Source of the DNA: Solirubrobacteraceae bacterium
Lineage (GTDB): Bacteria > Actinomycetota > Thermoleophilia > Solirubrobacterales > Solirubrobacteraceae
DNA: 64,000 bases
NCBI GenBank assembly: GCA_039745115.1
Contig: JBCJRT010000004.1
Location: 33,368 to 97,367 of the forward strand
Direction: 5' to 3'
Positions within the stretch are counted from its first letter, which is position 1. Each line of letters begins with the position of its first letter. Shown here piece after piece: positions 8,096-16,861 of this stretch. The translations under genes were made by a program, and so were the position numbers. The notes beneath the pieces were generated by a model. The model worked only from the letters and a program-made list of their open reading frames with translations. It was not told where the DNA came from and searched no databases.

Positions 8096-8413
8096 ATGAC
8101 CCCAGCCGCCAGCCAAGCCGACGCCCCTCAGCACCTCCGCGCCTTGGAGCGCGCGAATACGGTCCGCCTCGCCCGGGCCGAGCTGAAACGTCGCGTCGCC
8201 GCCGGCGACAGACTGGCCGCCGATGTAATCGTTGAGTCGCCCTGGGAGGCACAGTCGATGACCGTCGCCGATCTGCTGACCAGCCAGCGCCGCTGGGGCC
8301 GCGCCCGCTGCCGCCGGCTGCTACAGGCGATCCCAATCTCGGAGCACAAGACGGTCGGCGCAATGACCGATCGTCAGCGCCAAGCGCTGGCAGATGTGCT
8401 GACGAGCGGCTAG
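8096..8413 (+). CDS. mihF: Actinobacterial integration host factor mIHF
   Basis: 105 aa from ATG 8096, preceded by AAGGAG (8085-8090). RLARAELKRRV...MTVADLL...GAMTDRQRQALADVL parallels mycobacterial mIHF (ARAELK...ALLEALP...GLGDRQRKALLEKF). The longer ORF-track start at 8015 has no SD. Confidence 0.8.
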   Translation: MTPAASQADAPQHLRALERANTVRLARAELKRRVAAGDRLAADVIVESPWEAQSMTVADLLTSQRRWGRARCRRLLQAIPISEHKTVGAMTDRQRQALADVLTSG

Positions 8414-8419
8414 TCGCCG

Positions 8420-8890
8420 TCAGGCTGAAGCTGCCGCTATCTCGATGATCTGGCCGTCGGGGTCGCGCAAGTAAATCGAGCAGAGCTGATCACGGTTGAA
8501 GCTCTCGGTCGTCGGCACTGAGCGGCTCTGCAGATAATCCCGCCATGCCGTCACCTCAGCTGGAGAGCCGACGCCGAGAGCCAGGTGATGCGTACCGCCA
8601 ACGCCCTGCACTGCCGGCGCCATCTGCGGATATTCGAGGAACGACAGGCGCAGCGCCGTTCCGGCGACGCCGTCCGCGTCGGTCGAGAACCAGAAGTGCC
8701 GCGTCGCCGGGTCATCGGCGTTGACCGACTCGTCGACCAGTGCCAGCCCCAGTACGTCGCGGTAGAAGGCTGTCGTCTGCTCAAGGTCGGAGCAGATCAG
8801 CGTGAGGTGATTCAGGCCGGTGATCCGAATCGGCTGCGCGGCGACTTCGACCGGCGACGATGCCGTCGGGTATTTGCTCTCGCCACTCAT
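8420..8890 (-). CDS. VOC-family (glyoxalase/bleomycin-resistance/dioxygenase) protein
   Basis: 156 aa from ATG 8890, in an ATGA overlap with the upstream stop. ITGLNHLTLICSDLEQTTAFYRDVLGL is a typical VOC module start. Confidence 0.8.
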   Translation of the reverse strand: MSGESKYPTASSPVEVAAQPIRITGLNHLTLICSDLEQTTAFYRDVLGLALVDESVNADDPATRHFWFSTDADGVAGTALRLSFLEYPQMAPAVQGVGGTHHLALGVGSPAEVTAWRDYLQSRSVPTTESFNRDQLCSIYLRDPDGQIIEIAAASA

Positions 8891-9384
8891 GCTCTCCACG
8901 ATTTTCCTCCTGATCGAGTTCGGAAGAGATTACGCAGAACCGCCCAGCAAAGCCCGAACACCAGCGCCGCGGCGCCGAGAATGATCGAGTTCGGAAGGCC
9001 GCTCAGTGCCACCAGCAAGAGACTGATCAGAGCGGCGGCGCAGGCCCCGATCAGAAGCGAATGCGACCGGTAGCCAGCGAGGTGCTCGCGTAACGACAGC
9101 TCCAGCGTGGCGATAATGACCAGCGCGAAACCGAAACCGAGCAGCAGACCACGCGGCGAACCGCCAAGCATTCCGACGACGATCACAACGATGCCGACGA
9201 AGATGCAGAGCTCGGTCAGTGGAACCGGCGCCCACGGAGGGCGCGGCGCGTCGTCAAGCTTGGCGCGCCGTCGCGGCGGCAGCTTCGCGGCCTCATCTGG
9301 CGGCGCGCCTAAGCTGGCGCCGGCCTGCGCGTCGGCGTCGCGTGGCGACTCGGAAAGTCCGCGTTTGCGACTGCGCCGGCCCAT
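8887..9384 (-). CDS. Hypothetical polytopic membrane protein
   Basis: 165 aa. Basic, Pro-rich head followed by about four hydrophobic helices (CIFVGIVVIVVGML, LLLGFGFALVIIATL, LLIGACAAALISLLLVAL, IILGAAALVFGLCWAVL). No family recognised. Confidence 0.6.
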   Translation of the reverse strand: MGRRSRKRGLSESPRDADAQAGASLGAPPDEAAKLPPRRRAKLDDAPRPPWAPVPLTELCIFVGIVVIVVGMLGGSPRGLLLGFGFALVIIATLELSLREHLAGYRSHSLLIGACAAALISLLLVALSGLPNSIILGAAALVFGLCWAVLRNLFRTRSGGKSWRA

Positions 9385-9385
9385 G

Positions 9386-9850
9386 TCAGGTGGCTAAGGG
9401 GCAGCCCGATGAAAGCTTCACGAGCCACCAGCCGGTCAGCCGACCGAGCGGGCCAAGTCGCGGCACAACGCTCCAGACGCCGCAGCCGCCCTCGCCAAGT
9501 TCGCGCTGCGTGATTCGCTCGCATCGGTGACCTGCCGGGTCGGCGAGCATCAGTTCAAGCCGGCGGCGGGCATCGGCGCGGCGCAGCTCACGGCCAGCCA
9601 GCCAGGCGCGAAGCTCAGCTACCGCCGCGAACTGCGCGTCGCGCAGCTCTTCAAGTTCGCCGATGCTCTGCAGGCGAGCGTGGCCGCCCGGCAACTCTGG
9701 CAGCGGCGGACGATCGGGGAAAGCTTCGCAGATGCCGGCGCTCAGGTGCCCTTCAAGCCGGCCGATCTGCGCTCGTAATGTGCGCCGCGCGGCCGACCGA
9801 TCGAGCTCAGACGGGCCCGACAGTCGGGACTCGAGTAGTGCGGTTGCCAT
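9386..9850 (-). CDS. Hypothetical soluble protein (helical N-part, Cys/Trp/Gly-rich C-terminus)
   Basis: 154 aa with no TM segment. Arg/Leu/Glu-rich N-terminal two-thirds, C-terminal GGCGVWSVVPRLGPLGRLTGWWLVKLSSGCP. The stop lies 1 nt from the next start. No family recognised. Confidence 0.55.
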   Translation of the reverse strand: MATALLESRLSGPSELDRSAARRTLRAQIGRLEGHLSAGICEAFPDRPPLPELPGGHARLQSIGELEELRDAQFAAVAELRAWLAGRELRRADARRRLELMLADPAGHRCERITQRELGEGGCGVWSVVPRLGPLGRLTGWWLVKLSSGCPLAT

Positions 9851-9878
9851 CGGCTAAGTCTAACCATGCGACGCGCGT

Positions 9879-10520
9879 TCAGCCACCGCTTAACGCGCCG
9901 GCGGCAATCGACAGCGCCTCAGCGACCGGCAGCTCGCCGACGCCGTCAACGCCGATTGCCGCCAGCAGCACGCTGCTGCTGTGGCGGCCGGCGGCGCAAT
10001 CACCCCCAGGCGGCGTGAAAAGCTCGCAGAGCGCCCGCTCGCGGTCGGCCAGCACGATCGTCCCAGCCGCCAGTGCACGCCCGTCCGCCTGTTCGCCTTG
10101 GCGCGCAGCGCGAATCATCGGTGGCGCCGCCACGGCGCCGGCGTCAAAGCCATAGAGCGCAACCGATGTTTCAAGCACGGCGAGCCGCAGCGCGTCGGCT
10201 ACGCGGCCGCCCAACGGGTTGCCACCGCTCTGCAGCCGCTCCAGTGCAACCGCTTCGGCCGGAGTCTGCTGGCTGTCCGGGTCGATTCCGATCTGCCAAA
10301 AGAAGCTGCGATATGCGGAGACTACCGGCGACTGGCGCAGCGTCAGCGCCTGACGACCGCTGAAGCGGTCGGCCAACAGTGCCAGCCGCTCGGCGACGCC
10401 CGGATCGCTGGCCGAGCCGAGGCAGTCAGCGACCAGCCAGTCGAGCCTCAGCCCCGGGTACTCGGCCGCGAGCGGGCGATCAACCGTGCCGCGCCGCGCC
10501 GCTGGCTGTTCGGCCGCCAC
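9879..10520 (-). CDS. B3/B4 (PheT-like tRNA-binding fold) domain protein
   Basis: 213 aa with a GTG start. VVSAYRSFFWQIGIDPD...RVADALRLAVLETSVALYGFD resembles the COG3382-type B3/4 family. Confidence 0.65.
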   Translation of the reverse strand: MAAEQPAARRGTVDRPLAAEYPGLRLDWLVADCLGSASDPGVAERLALLADRFSGRQALTLRQSPVVSAYRSFFWQIGIDPDSQQTPAEAVALERLQSGGNPLGGRVADALRLAVLETSVALYGFDAGAVAAPPMIRAARQGEQADGRALAAGTIVLADRERALCELFTPPGGDCAAGRHSSSVLLAAIGVDGVGELPVAEALSIAAGALSGG

Positions 10521-10523
10521 GCT

Positions 10524-11144
10524 TTAGCTGCCCTGCGCGATCGCGGCGAGCCGCCGCCGCAACTCGGCCGTCGACGCGCCGCCGACTGTGACTGAATCGA
10601 CAATCCCGCCGCGCCGCAGGAAGACGATCTGCGGGCAGACGGCGACGCCGTAAAGATTTGCCAGCGCCGCGTCGCGGTCCCAAGCGACTGGGACCGTCCA
10701 CTTGTGGGTGCTGACCAGCGAACGGGCCTCGTCGCGCTGGCCGGCGATCACGATGGCCGCGACCGCGACGCTTCGATAACCAGCGGCTGCCGTGAGCAGC
10801 CGATCCAGCTGCTGCGCGCAGCTCCCTTCTCCGGCCTCGATGAAGGCCAGGGCAGCGGGCCGCGAAGCGACCAGCCGGCAGGAGTTGAGCACCGCCGCGC
10901 CGCCAACGTCGCAGGCCGCTTTGCCGCCAGCCGAGCGCTGGCGGACATTGGCATCGCCCTGAAGCTCGCCGCTGACGAGCGGCGCAGCAAACTCGAGCAT
11001 CGCTGCGCCAACCGCCGGCCCCTGCGATGAGCCTCCTTCGCTGCTGAGGCTGTTGTAGGTGATGTAGGCCAGCAGCGCGACCGCGACGATCACGACGATC
11101 ACCCCAGGCAGCCGCGTCGGCGCTGGCGGCGCCGGCTCGTTCAC
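10524..11144 (-). CDS. Membrane-anchored thioredoxin-fold (TlpA/ResA-like) protein with degenerate CXXC
   Basis: 206 aa. The GTG start sits in a GTGA overlap with the MMPL stop. N-terminal TM anchor (VIVVIVAVALLAYITY). The layout is redoxin-like (PAALAFIEAGEGSCAQQ...VAVCPQIVFLRRGGIV), but the CXXC position reads EGSC. Confidence 0.55.
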   Translation of the reverse strand: MNEPAPPAPTRLPGVIVVIVAVALLAYITYNSLSSEGGSSQGPAVGAAMLEFAAPLVSGELQGDANVRQRSAGGKAACDVGGAAVLNSCRLVASRPAALAFIEAGEGSCAQQLDRLLTAAAGYRSVAVAAIVIAGQRDEARSLVSTHKWTVPVAWDRDAALANLYGVAVCPQIVFLRRGGIVDSVTVGGASTAELRRRLAAIAQGS

Positions 11145-13768
11145 GGCGCCGCCCTGCCCGCAGGCTGCCGGCGCGAGAGCCGTGCCAGCCTGGCGCGCAG
11201 CGCTCCGGGCTCGGCCAACATCAGCACGGCTGGCAGCACCAGCAGTGTCCCGAGCAGCGCGACGCTGAGGTTGATCACTGTGACGAGGCCAAAGTCGCGC
11301 AGCATTCGAATATCGGAGAGTGCCAACACGGCAAAACCGGCGATTGCCGTAACACCGGAGGCCAGCACGGCGGCGCCGGTTGAGTTGTAAGTGCGGCGCA
11401 ACGCAGCGCCCGGCTCTAGCCCGTCGCTGCGCTCACGGTGGTAGCGCTCGCTTAGCAGCACGCTGAACTCAGTCGCGATCGCAACAACCAAGGTGCCGAG
11501 CACGACCGACAGCGGATTGAGTGGTATCCGCGTGACAAACAGCAGCAGCGCCGACCAGCCGGTCGCGAAGACGATCGGCACCAGCGGCACCAGCGCGCGC
11601 CGCGCACTGCGCAGAGCCAGCAGCAGTACAAGACCGACAACGACAAGGCTGACAAGTAGCGACAGGCCGCGACGCAGTGGCGAGGCCAGCCGGTCGTTGG
11701 CCGAGGCGCTAAGCACGGTCAGGCCGGCCAGCCGGGCGCGTACTCCGGCCGGCGGGTTGAGCTCGCTCTGCATCACGCGCAGCACCTTGTATTGACGGTC
11801 GAGGCTCATCAGTCGCAGACCAAAGGCCAACGTCGCCGTCTTGCGGTCCGGCGCGATCACGTTCTGCGTCAGATACTGCGGCACGGCGGCAAGTAAGGCA
11901 TCAACACGTTGCTGCGAAGCAACCGACTGCTCGGTTGTAAAGAGGTCAGGCAGCGAGAATGCCGGGCACAGATCGGAGCTGAGGCAGCCGCGCTGTGGGT
12001 TGTAGTTCAGTCGCGCCAGCACGCGCGCTTGGTAGTCGGTCATCCAGGCGACAACGGCCGGCGCGGAGGCGTTCGCCGCCTCAATGACAACATTGACCTC
12101 GCCGCCAACGCCGCTAACGCGCTGCAACTCCTGCAGATCGCGCAGCGCCGGCAGCGAGGCTGGCACCAGCTTCTGCACGTCGGACTCGACCGGTGCCTGG
12201 GTGTCGACCGCCCAGCCGACCACGGCCAGCGCCGCGGCGACGGCGAGGAAGCGGCCCGGGTGGCTTGTCGCGGCGCGCAGCGCGGCGGCGGCGCCGCTCG
12301 CGGCCCGGGCAGCAACGGCGCGCCAAGCGGCGGTGCTGCCGATCAGCAGCCCGGCATCGCCCCAAGCCCCGGCCACCGCCGTGATCGCCTTCGGCGCCGG
12401 CGACTTGCGCCGCTCGATCAGCGCATTCACAGCGACGCCGAGCGTCAAGCAGCAGGCCAGCGCCAGCACAATCCCGATCACCAGCAGCAGTCCGAAGCTT
12501 TGGATCATCGGCACCGGCGAAAGGATCAAAACGAGAAAGCCGCCAGCGGTCGCGCCGGCGGCAGTGACGATTGTCGGCGCGCCGCGCCGCGCGACCTCGG
12601 CAGCGCCGTCAGCAATCGGCGGCCCCTGTTCATCGAAGCGTGCCTGTAGCTGGATCGCGTAATCGACCGCCAAGCCGATCAGGATTGGCACGACGGCGAT
12701 CGAAGCCATCGTCAGCGCAATGCCGCTGATGGCCATCACGCCGAAGGTCAGCGCGACCGCCGCCAGTGCGACGGCGAGTGGCAGCAGCCGCAGCCGCGAA
12801 CGGAAGACAACCCCCAAGGTCAGTGCCATCACTAGCACCGCAGCGATCAGCAGGATCAGGATTGAACGCGAGATCGACCTGCTCAGCTCGCCGATCAGCA
12901 CCGGCGCGCCGGTCACTTGGTAGCTGCCGCCCGAAAGCTTCCACTGCTCCATCTGCGTCGCTGCACGGATATTGGCGATCGCGACTCTGCGCTGCTGCTC
13001 ACTGAGGTTGCTGCGCAACCGCACCTGAATCAGCGCCCCCTGCGAGCTTGGGAAGATCGTTGCGAAGCGCGCCTTCGGCGTCCCTGCAGGGCGCGTTGGA
13101 TCAAAGATCAGTCGTGCCAGAAACTGCGGGTCGTCAAGCGCCGGGAGCTTCGTCAGGCCGTAGCGCAGCGCCAGCCCGGCCAGCTCCTGAAAGTAGGCCG
13201 CGCCAACCTGCTTGCGCAGCTGCTGGCGTGCTGCCTGCGCCGCCGCAGGGTCACCGCTGCGCTTCAGCTCCGCCCTGTAGGCCTTCTCCCCCTCGACCTG
13301 AATCGTCTGCTTATGCGCCGCAGCCGAGCTGCGCAGCTGCTGGTTGATCTGCCCGACCACCTCATTGATGAACGTCCCCGGACCGAAGACGACCTTCGCA
13401 GGGCGCGTCCTTGCCAGCCGCGCACATGGTCCGCCAGCGCCACCAGGCGGCGCCTTGCCGCTCGGCACGTTGCCGGCCAGACAGCCCTCCAGGCCAAAGA
13501 CGCGGCCCAGATCTTCAGTTAGGGCGATGCGCGTCGTCGGTTCATCCACAACGACGTAGACTGCATCATCGCCGAAGCGCTGATGGAGCAGTTCGGTCGC
13601 CGCATATCCGGGAGTTGAGCGGCCGACCAGCGTCTCCGTTTCGGCGCTTGGCTCAAGCCGCAACGCCAGCAGCCCCGCCGCGATTACCAGCACCAGCGCG
13701 ACCAGCGAAACGCCAAGCGGGCGCCGCGCCGCGAACGCCATGACCGCTGCCAACAGGCGAGCCAGCAT
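11141..13768 (-). CDS. MMPL/RND-superfamily membrane transporter
   Basis: 875 aa. Two repeats, each a large extracytoplasmic loop followed by about 6 TM helices (GATAGGFLVLILSPVPMIQSFG; GVTAIAGFAVLALSDIRMLRDFG). This is the MMPL/HAE-type architecture. Confidence 0.85.
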   Translation of the reverse strand: MLARLLAAVMAFAARRPLGVSLVALVLVIAAGLLALRLEPSAETETLVGRSTPGYAATELLHQRFGDDAVYVVVDEPTTRIALTEDLGRVFGLEGCLAGNVPSGKAPPGGAGGPCARLARTRPAKVVFGPGTFINEVVGQINQQLRSSAAAHKQTIQVEGEKAYRAELKRSGDPAAAQAARQQLRKQVGAAYFQELAGLALRYGLTKLPALDDPQFLARLIFDPTRPAGTPKARFATIFPSSQGALIQVRLRSNLSEQQRRVAIANIRAATQMEQWKLSGGSYQVTGAPVLIGELSRSISRSILILLIAAVLVMALTLGVVFRSRLRLLPLAVALAAVALTFGVMAISGIALTMASIAVVPILIGLAVDYAIQLQARFDEQGPPIADGAAEVARRGAPTIVTAAGATAGGFLVLILSPVPMIQSFGLLLVIGIVLALACCLTLGVAVNALIERRKSPAPKAITAVAGAWGDAGLLIGSTAAWRAVAARAASGAAAALRAATSHPGRFLAVAAALAVVGWAVDTQAPVESDVQKLVPASLPALRDLQELQRVSGVGGEVNVVIEAANASAPAVVAWMTDYQARVLARLNYNPQRGCLSSDLCPAFSLPDLFTTEQSVASQQRVDALLAAVPQYLTQNVIAPDRKTATLAFGLRLMSLDRQYKVLRVMQSELNPPAGVRARLAGLTVLSASANDRLASPLRRGLSLLVSLVVVGLVLLLALRSARRALVPLVPIVFATGWSALLLFVTRIPLNPLSVVLGTLVVAIATEFSVLLSERYHRERSDGLEPGAALRRTYNSTGAAVLASGVTAIAGFAVLALSDIRMLRDFGLVTVINLSVALLGTLLVLPAVLMLAEPGALRARLARLSRRQPAGRAAP

Positions 13769-13820
13769 CAGCTCAACCTAGCCATCGTCGATCGGCTTCG
13801 AGCCGCCTGCGCCACCGTGC

Positions 13821-15341
13821 TCAGGGAACCAACTGCGGGGTGAATACCCCCGGGTTCACTTGCGGGAAGTAGAAACCGCTGCCAAAGACCGGGCCCTGAA
13901 GCGGGCAGGCCGGCGCAGCCACGGCGGCCGGGTTGCCGGTACCGCCAAGGTTGTCATTGAAGGCGTAGCCGCTGATCCGATCGCTGCTCGTCGATCCGAG
14001 CGCGGCCCGTGCGCTGGCCGAAAGCCCGGCCGTGATCCCGCTGGAGCACGGCGTCGTCTGATAGACGAGCATGTTCGACGTCGCCAGTTTGTCGAACGAG
14101 CGAGGCAGCGGGTAAGGGTTGGACCGGCTTGACTTGACGCGCTGCGGGTATGCAGCGAGCGACTCAGGGCTGAACGGGTTGGTGACGCGCAGGTACTTGA
14201 CGGCCTTGCCGTTGAGATCGGCCTGCGCGTTGGTCGCTGCCGCTGCATTACCGAGGAAGGCGGTGATCTCGTACGGATATGCGCCGATGTACTGGAAGAT
14301 CGGGTTTAGGTTGGCTGCCAGCGGATCGAGCGCGGCGAGCAGCGGCGGCGTCTGAACAAGGAAGCTGTTGGTCGCTGGCAGACCCTTCTTCGAGGCCGTG
14401 ATCGCCGGCCCGAGGCCGATAAAGAGATCGTTTAGGTCGGGGGCAACGGCATCGAGCGCGGCGGCGGTCGGCGCCAATGCTTTGGCGACCGGCTGCAGCT
14501 GCGTGACCAGCGGGTTGGTCGTGTCGGCGAAGGTCACCAGTCGGTTAAGCGTCTTGCGCGTCTCGCGCTGGAAGGTTGGAAGCGCGACAAAGGTGTCAGC
14601 GAGCTGCTGGTTTGCTGCGGCGGTTGTTGAGAAAACGCGGTTTGCGTTGACGATCAGACTCTGCAACTGGCCGGTGCGAGCACTGAGCGCGCTGAAGACA
14701 ACGCCGGTGTCGCGCACCAGGCCACTCAGCGCTGCTTCGTTGCGGTTGAGCACCTTGGCGAGGCTCGTTGCTTGCTCTAGCAGCGGAGCGAGCTGCGCAA
14801 ACGCATCGTTCAGGTCGCGGCCGTAGCCGGTGCCGGCGATCGCCGCCTGCTGCATCCAGGTGCCGAACGCAGCGCGCGTCTTCGGATCGAAGGCCCTGAT
14901 TATCTCGTCCAGCTCAACCGAAGGTTTGATGCCGCCGGCGGGCAGCGTGCCGTTGTCGGCGAGAAACGGTCCGTTTGGACTGCCAGGCGTCAGCTCGACG
15001 AAGGTTTCGCCGAGCAACGACTTGGCGCGCAGCATCGTTTCCGAGTCCACCGCCACCGGCGCGTACTGGGGCAGCATCTCAACGACGACATCAGAGCGGC
15101 CGCTGACCGGGTCGGTTGTGATCGCCTTGACGGTGCCGACACGCACGCCTGAGATCCGCACATCGGCCTGAGTCGCCAACTGACCGGCCTCCTTGAACGG
15201 CACGGTGAACCGGTATCCGTCGGGCTTCAGTGGCGTTGGGCCGCCAAATGCGACCCAGAGGAACAGCAACAGGGCGAAGCACGAGAGCGCAAACAGCACC
15301 ATCGTCGCGATCTGCGCCAGGCTCGGGGCTTGCTTATTCAT
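13821..15341 (-). CDS. MCE-family protein, position 6 of 6
   Basis: 506 aa. N-terminal TM helix, MlaD/MCE domain (VPFKEAGQLATQADVRISGVRVGTVKAI), long helical region. ATGA overlap with the upstream paralog. Confidence 0.9.
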   Translation of the reverse strand: MNKQAPSLAQIATMVLFALSCFALLLFLWVAFGGPTPLKPDGYRFTVPFKEAGQLATQADVRISGVRVGTVKAITTDPVSGRSDVVVEMLPQYAPVAVDSETMLRAKSLLGETFVELTPGSPNGPFLADNGTLPAGGIKPSVELDEIIRAFDPKTRAAFGTWMQQAAIAGTGYGRDLNDAFAQLAPLLEQATSLAKVLNRNEAALSGLVRDTGVVFSALSARTGQLQSLIVNANRVFSTTAAANQQLADTFVALPTFQRETRKTLNRLVTFADTTNPLVTQLQPVAKALAPTAAALDAVAPDLNDLFIGLGPAITASKKGLPATNSFLVQTPPLLAALDPLAANLNPIFQYIGAYPYEITAFLGNAAAATNAQADLNGKAVKYLRVTNPFSPESLAAYPQRVKSSRSNPYPLPRSFDKLATSNMLVYQTTPCSSGITAGLSASARAALGSTSSDRISGYAFNDNLGGTGNPAAVAAPACPLQGPVFGSGFYFPQVNPGVFTPQLVP

Positions 15342-16861
15342 CGTCCGGCCCCTCCCTGCTGCGCTGCGCCAAGCGGCGGGGCGGTCAGCGTTGGCGGCGT
15401 TCTCTGCTCGCCGGTATCGAGACCGAGCGGCTTCGTCGCGCCAGCGGCCGGCTTCGTCGCCTGCGGCCCGAGGCGATAGTTGCTGCGCTGGTGTTCGATT
15501 GTCCGGCGCGCCAGCTCGTTGCCGCGGGCGACCTGCGCCGCCGATGCCGTGCCGGCGCAGACAGCCGACACCTTCGGCGCGTTCAGCAGCTCGATCAACG
15601 TTCCGACCTGAGGGTTACTGCGGCCGATCCCTTCGAACAGCGTCAGCGCATCGCAGGAACCAAACAGCGTTGCGCGGCGCAGCGGGCCGTGGGCATCCTG
15701 TGGGCTGAGCATTGATGCCGACAGATGGTTCCCCCAGGCCAGCCAGAAGAGATACCCCTCCTGACTGCCAGGCGGGTTGTAGGCCAGCTCGTTGGTGAGC
15801 GTATTGAGGACCGAGAAGGTCGTGTCAAGCTGCGGCGCGGTCGCGGCAAGATCGGCCGCTGCCGGCTTCAGCGCCGCAACTGTTGGTCCAGCCTCAGCTG
15901 TGAACGGGCGTAGCTGGTTCTTTAGTACCGGTGTCGTTGCCTTCGCGAAAGCCTGCAGCGACTTCAGCGAAGCGGCCGTTCCGACCGCTGTCGGCTCGAG
16001 CTTCTTCAGCGCCGGGCCCATCTGACTGGTCATCGCATCGCTGCTGACGAGCGCGTCATTGAGGGTCGCCAAGGCCCGCGGCAGCAACGCCAGCGTCTCA
16101 CGCAGATTCGCCTGCTCGGAGGCGAATACGCTGAAAACGTCGTTCGATGAGCGAACCCAGCGCGCCAGCTGCGTATCGCGCGCGCCGAGCGCCTGGCTGA
16201 GAATCCTGAAGTTGTGAATCCCCTTCTTGATGTAGGCCTGCCGACGACCCAGCTCATCTCCGATCTTGGCGAGGTACTGAGCAATCGGATCAAAGCGCTT
16301 CAGTGTCGCGGACAGCTCGCTGGCATTGCCGTCAAGGCCCTGGCCGCCGCCGTTAATCAGCAGCTGCAGGTAGGCGCGAGTGTCGGCGTCAAGGCCTGCC
16401 AGAATCGCGTCCGGGTTGACGTTCGGCAGCGTCCTTGCAATAGGCAGCGTGCCGCCCTGGGGTATCTCGCCCGAATTTGGCGTGCCCGGATTGAGCTCAA
16501 TCACCATGTCGTTGAGGCCGGTCTTTGGCCGCAGCAGCGCGGTTGCGTCGCGATAGATCTGGGCGTACTTCTTGTGGATCTTCATCTGCACGATCGCCGT
16601 GCCGTCCTTCAGTGTCACCTTGCCGATTTCGCCGATCGTCACGCCGGCAACGATCACTGTCTGGCCCTGACCTGGCGTCACCGCCTGAGCGGTCGAGAAC
16701 TGAGCGTTGTAGTCAACGAAGTCGCTGCCGATGATCGGCACCCAGTGGGGTAGGTAGAAGCGCTGGTTGGAGAGGATGTAGCCACCAACGACGAAGGCGA
16801 TCAGCGCGACGATCGCAATTGCGATGAGGTCGCGCGTGTGTTTTTGAATCGCGCGGCGCAT
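15338..16861 (-). CDS. MCE-family protein, position 5 of 6
   Basis: 507 aa. TM helix plus MCE domain (AQFSTAQAVTPGQGQTVIVAGVTIGEIGKV). TGATG overlap with the upstream paralog. Confidence 0.9.
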   Translation of the reverse strand: MRRAIQKHTRDLIAIAIVALIAFVVGGYILSNQRFYLPHWVPIIGSDFVDYNAQFSTAQAVTPGQGQTVIVAGVTIGEIGKVTLKDGTAIVQMKIHKKYAQIYRDATALLRPKTGLNDMVIELNPGTPNSGEIPQGGTLPIARTLPNVNPDAILAGLDADTRAYLQLLINGGGQGLDGNASELSATLKRFDPIAQYLAKIGDELGRRQAYIKKGIHNFRILSQALGARDTQLARWVRSSNDVFSVFASEQANLRETLALLPRALATLNDALVSSDAMTSQMGPALKKLEPTAVGTAASLKSLQAFAKATTPVLKNQLRPFTAEAGPTVAALKPAAADLAATAPQLDTTFSVLNTLTNELAYNPPGSQEGYLFWLAWGNHLSASMLSPQDAHGPLRRATLFGSCDALTLFEGIGRSNPQVGTLIELLNAPKVSAVCAGTASAAQVARGNELARRTIEHQRSNYRLGPQATKPAAGATKPLGLDTGEQRTPPTLTAPPLGAAQQGGAGR

